Shown piece after piece: positions 39,028 to 42,687 of a stretch of DNA of 42,687 nucleotides (position 1 is the first letter of the stretch; each line of letters opens with the position of its first letter). The notes below the pieces were generated by a model, which saw only the letters and a list, made by a program, of their open reading frames with translations, was not told the origin of the DNA and did not search any database. The position numbers and the translations under genes were made by a program. The DNA is from Promethearchaeota archaeon (GTDB taxonomy: Archaea > Asgardarchaeota > Lokiarchaeia > Sigyniarchaeales > SOKP01): the NCBI GenBank assembly GCA_019058365.1, contig JAHPZE010000033.1, forward strand, positions 1 through 42,687, in the 5' to 3' direction.

Positions 39028-40581
39028 TTACCACCTCTCTTCTTTTTCATCTCTTAAATACATTCCAGCAGCAATCCTCCCGCTAAGAATGCTTGTAGAG
39101 AATCCACCACCGACATTAGTCCAAGCACCACTCTGATATAATCCTGGAATTGAGCCTCGGCTTTTTAATCGCAGTGTTGGACCATTTAAAAGATCTTGAG
39201 TATATCCATAGATGGCCCCTTCTATATTTTTTGAATATCGATAATATGTTAGAGGAGTTGCAGCTTCTGCTACTTCTATATACTCACGAATATCTGGACA
39301 AATAGTTTTTTCGACCAATTCAACCATTTTGTCAGCAATATAATCTTTAACTCTAAAATATTGATCAGGAGAAATTGATTGCCATAATTTACCCATTTGT
39401 AATGTAGTAAGAACAAGTTGGGTTGTTCCTGGAGGTGTGATATCATTATAAATATGATTATAGCAAGCGGCTACCATATATTTAGGAGGTTCTAACTTAG
39501 TAAACGTTTCATATGCTTTATTTAAATCATCTGTTTCATTAATAAACATCTCATGAACATTCAATCCCAAATCTTTATATGGAGCGTTTAACCCTATATA
39601 AACTGAGAATGCAGACGGCCCTATTTCTGGAGCATAAATCTTTTTTTTATAATTATCCGGTACGATATCTTTGGGAAGCATCTTCATTGTTGTACATATT
39701 GGATTAACATTTGAAATTACTGCTTTACATTCATAAATGTCACCATTAATAAGTTCAACACCACACACTCTCCCCTTTTGAACTAGTATTCGGTTAACTA
39801 AAGCATTATACCTAATATTACCTCCTAATTCTTCAAAAGCTTTCACAATAGCAGTTGTAAAAGCATGTGATCTTCCCATCGGAAAAGCAGCACCCCATCT
39901 TAAATATGTAATTAACATAGCAATGAATGCATAGGCGTTTAATCTAGAAGGAGGTAACCCCAAATATCCCCACAATTGTGCAATAATTGCCATCAAGCGT
40001 TTATCAGTAAAGAATTTATCGAATACCTCTTGTAATGTAAGCCCAGAAACCCGTACAAGCCAAGGATGTTCCTTAAGAACTTCTGCCTGTGAATATTGAC
40101 CTCTTCTTCTCACCATAAATTCAATACCATCTAATACTTTTCGACACATATCTATAAATTCCTCTATTCCCTTTTTCTCAGAGGGAAAAAGTTCTATGAG
40201 TTTCTCAGTATATTCTTCTAGTCCGATAGGTAAGGTAACATCATATCCATCTAAAAATACACTTCTATAAAATTCTGGAATTTGTTTGAATTGGATTTTG
40301 TTCGGAATTACTCCTATTTTCTCTAAAAATCGGTATAAGCTACCTTTATTGGCTTCTGTACCAATATCACTTAATTCATGTAAAGCACCCTCAAATTCAA
40401 AACGCCCCCTAACAAAGGATGTAGCAAAACCTCCCGGGACATTATGTTTTTCCAATAATAATACTTTCTTCCCAACAAGAGCAAGTTGACAAGCAGCACC
40501 AAGTCCTCCGAGACCAGCACCAATGACAATTATTGGATAGGTGCCCACCACTCTACTTTCATCATAAATACTATCATTCAT
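39028..40581 (-). CDS. Phytoene desaturase/CrtISO/retinol saturase-like flavoprotein
   Basis: VIGAGLGGL, LLEKHNVPGGFATSF.RG.FEFE, S.FSVYIG, ATPLTY.RY....GAIYG and IPGLY..G.W...GGG....LSG..AA. Start placed at ATG 40581. Confidence 0.88.
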   Translation of the reverse strand: MNDSIYDESRVVGTYPIIVIGAGLGGLGAACQLALVGKKVLLLEKHNVPGGFATSFVRGRFEFEGALHELSDIGTEANKGSLYRFLEKIGVIPNKIQFKQIPEFYRSVFLDGYDVTLPIGLEEYTEKLIELFPSEKKGIEEFIDMCRKVLDGIEFMVRRRGQYSQAEVLKEHPWLVRVSGLTLQEVFDKFFTDKRLMAIIAQLWGYLGLPPSRLNAYAFIAMLITYLRWGAAFPMGRSHAFTTAIVKAFEELGGNIRYNALVNRILVQKGRVCGVELINGDIYECKAVISNVNPICTTMKMLPKDIVPDNYKKKIYAPEIGPSAFSVYIGLNAPYKDLGLNVHEMFINETDDLNKAYETFTKLEPPKYMVAACYNHIYNDITPPGTTQLVLTTLQMGKLWQSISPDQYFRVKDYIADKMVELVEKTICPDIREYIEVAEAATPLTYYRYSKNIEGAIYGYTQDLLNGPTLRLKSRGSIPGLYQSGAWTNVGGGFSTSILSGRIAAGMYLRDEKEERW

Positions 40582-40720
40582 AAAAAATAATTCTATTAGA
40601 TAACATTTAAAATTATAGATTTTAGATATTAAAATTACATTTTTTAACAAATAAGAAAAAGAGAATAGTAATTTCTCTTTTGAATGAAGAGTTTACTATA
40701 GATTTTATTAAATTATTTGT

Positions 40721-41536
40721 TTAACGTCCAATAAATATAGGATCTCTTTTTTCTTTAATAGATTTCATAGATTCGCTAAAATCTTTTGAAGTAAAAGCCT
40801 TTCTCAATGCTCTATTCTCCAAATCTAATGTTCTCTCTAATATATCTTTAAAATAAGAATGCATTGTTTTTTTCATTAGCTTTAATGATAAAGATGCACC
40901 TTTAGGAGGGATTAACCTTAAAGCTTGTTCTCTAGCATAAGGTATTAGTTCGTCTGGTGGGAGGATTTTGTTGACGAGTCCTAGTTCATATGCTCTCTGT
41001 GCCGTAATTTCTTCACCAAAATAACAAATTTCTTTTGCTTTTTGAAAACCGACTAATAATGGTAAAAGAAATGAACATGCAAATTCAGGTACTATCGCTC
41101 TTTTGGAGAAAAAAAATCCCAGCCAAGCATCTTCTGCCATAAAAATCAAATCCGCACAAGCTAAAGGCATAGTTATTCCGCCTCCTATAGCCATACCATT
41201 AATTGCAGCTATAACTGGCTTATTAAAATCCCAAAATTTCATACACACCTTTTTTTGTGCGATATCCATGATATCAATTTCTGGATATTTTCTCATTTCT
41301 TCCATCATTTCTGGTTTAAAATATCCTCCAGAGGTAAAAGCATTTCCTCTAGGATCTCCCGTAATGATTAGCACTTTAGCATTTTTATCCTTATCCATAT
41401 CCTCTAGAACTGTATACAATTCTAAAAAACTAATATAAGTTACAGCATTTCTTCCCTCGGGTCTTGAAATAGTTGCTGTACAAATTCCATTATCTTCCTT
41501 TTCATAAATAATATCTTCAAAATCTTCTATTCGCAT
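40721..41536 (-). CDS. Crotonase-family protein, ECI2-type delta3,delta2-enoyl-CoA isomerase-like
   Basis: KPVIAAINGMAIGGGITMPLACADL lacks the hydratase Glu; IVPEFACSFLLP.LVG carries the ECI2-type PE motif. Confidence 0.82.
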   Translation of the reverse strand: MRIEDFEDIIYEKEDNGICTATISRPEGRNAVTYISFLELYTVLEDMDKDKNAKVLIITGDPRGNAFTSGGYFKPEMMEEMRKYPEIDIMDIAQKKVCMKFWDFNKPVIAAINGMAIGGGITMPLACADLIFMAEDAWLGFFFSKRAIVPEFACSFLLPLLVGFQKAKEICYFGEEITAQRAYELGLVNKILPPDELIPYAREQALRLIPPKGASLSLKLMKKTMHSYFKDILERTLDLENRALRKAFTSKDFSESMKSIKEKRDPIFIGR

Positions 41537-41613
41537 AATTAATAATAAATTAAATTTTTGATATTGAATAAATTTTGAATTTTGGAATATTTAAATTTAA
41601 TTTTAATTTAATC

Positions 41614-42546
41614 TTAATCTAAAGGAAAAGAGAGTTTATTTATTGGATGCTTATTATTTATTATTTTATTTCTAAATGTTATTCTTGAATTTAAAGCAAT
41701 CATTGCATCTACGATGGCAACAGCAGGAAAGATGTATTCTGCTTTTTTCAATGCCCCATATATTATATAATCAGCACCCATGGCCTGAGCTAATGCTGAT
41801 CCGGTAGTCTCACATGCTTTTTTAAAATCACCATTAAATATCCTATTTTTTATACACCATCTACCAATTATTCCAGTGGGAGCGGTTCCAGCTGGGAAAC
41901 CAAATTCTTGTTTCAGACCATATATTCCTCTTGAGGCAATTCCTATTGTAGGGAGTTCAAGTACATTTGTAAATAATAAAATATTCTTAATTCCTGCTGT
42001 TTGAGCTTTTTCAATTAAACCAATGTTCTCATCTTTTCCTAATAAAATATCTATCATTCCATTGATTTTGGGATTCCTTGGATTTAAAGATTGAATTAAT
42101 GCAGATTTAACGTGATATTTTTTTATAGCTAATATTTCATTATCTATAACAGCATAATTAATAGAATTATAGATTAATCTTTCAATTAATCCAATTTCTT
42201 CAATATATTTTAGGAGGTTTATTCTAATATTAGTTGGTGCATTTAGTAAAAATGGATCTTTAGTCAAGCCCGATACGAAATCAATATATTTTTGAAGCGC
42301 AAGTTCATTAGTTCCATTAATATCTAGCATACAAGGATTTCCACTTTTATCAGAAATTTCTTTTTGATAATAAATTAGTCTTTCTGCCTCCTTTTTATTT
42401 ATAACACCCAGTTTTTCGTTTAATACTAATTTATCTCCTTTACAAAAAATACTGCCAATTAAAACTGTAGGATTCTCACTTATTTTCCCGCCTAATTTAA
42501 TTCCACAAATATTCAAAATTTTTTGTTCTTTTTTAAAATTCATCAT
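41614..42546 (-). CDS. mtrH: Stand-alone MtrH-family (MtrH/MtxH/MtgA) pterin methyltransferase
   Basis: F.KEQ....I.G.K.GG...E.PTVL.GSIF, SGNP, R.IYNSIN, GLIEKA..AGI, K..FG.P.G and GADYIIYG....A..IFPAVA..DA. Confidence 0.85.
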   Translation of the reverse strand: MMNFKKEQKILNICGIKLGGKISENPTVLIGSIFCKGDKLVLNEKLGVINKKEAERLIYYQKEISDKSGNPCMLDINGTNELALQKYIDFVSGLTKDPFLLNAPTNIRINLLKYIEEIGLIERLIYNSINYAVIDNEILAIKKYHVKSALIQSLNPRNPKINGMIDILLGKDENIGLIEKAQTAGIKNILLFTNVLELPTIGIASRGIYGLKQEFGFPAGTAPTGIIGRWCIKNRIFNGDFKKACETTGSALAQAMGADYIIYGALKKAEYIFPAVAIVDAMIALNSRITFRNKIINNKHPINKLSFPLD

Positions 42547-42687
42547 AAGTTAAATAGCTCTTAGCAATTATTTTAATTGAATTTTCTAGATAAAGTTATG
42601 AGTTTTAAATAATTCAAATTATCGGAAAATTCGGGTATTTTTATAAATGAATGAAGAATTATAAATGTTTTCAACGTTCTTCGTTTA

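Noticed and set aside
39028-40581. Carotenoid biosynthesis cluster
   Set aside because: No phytoene synthase, cyclase or prenyltransferase nearby; the context is catabolic.
2098-41438. Numerous 60-111 aa ORFs overlapping larger genes (e.g. 2098-2322, 5971-6171, 17330-17587, 28482-28745, 35336-35629, 41103-41438)
   Set aside because: All overlap confident CDSs in alternative or antisense frames and lack family signatures.
105-42546. Methanogenesis implied by mtd, ftr and mtrH
   Set aside because: No mcr or membrane Mtr subunits in the window; these genes also occur in non-methanogenic archaea with the Wood-Ljungdahl pathway.
1-42687. CRISPR arrays, tRNA/rRNA genes, transposases, integrases
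   Set aside because: No regularly spaced repeats, GC-rich structured RNA segments or recombinase motifs were seen by eye. A covariance-model scan was not possible.

Overview
Very AT-rich, gene-dense archaeal chromosomal segment. The gene content and style (Mtd/Ftr/MtrH C1 genes, archaeal-type GlyRS, TPR proteins, stand-alone 7TM protein, expanded acyl-CoA enzymes) suggest Lokiarchaeia (Asgard), which is my inference and not a database result. The left part (1-20.7 kb) is mixed: divergent mtd/ftr, two large sequon-rich surface proteins, glyS, membrane/coiled-coil/TPR proteins, a 53-aa zinc-ribbon ORF missing from the ORF track, an AmmeMemoRadiSam radical SAM enzyme, glycerol-3-phosphate dehydrogenase and a YprB/MrfB-type exonuclease. 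The right part (20.8-41.5 kb) is a contiguous lipid-catabolism island. It encodes three thiolase-fold proteins that all lack the nucleophilic Cys, each locus paired with DUF35 genes. One module closely resembles the actinobacterial sterol side-chain aldolase Ltp4-Ltp3-Rv3521. The island also has an IVD/LCAD-type acyl-CoA dehydrogenase, a BKACE, a CoA ligase, FadH, two crotonases, AOR, Fe-ADH, an SCP2 carrier and a CrtI/RetSat-like flavoprotein coupled to a 2Fe-2S reductase. No 3-hydroxyacyl-CoA dehydrogenase or canonical thiolase is present in the window. A truncated copy of the ltp4-like promoter and 5' end lies upstream of the CoA ligase. No rRNA, tRNA, CRISPR array or transposase was recognised. 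Family assignments come from motif recognition and recalled reference sequences, not from searches.
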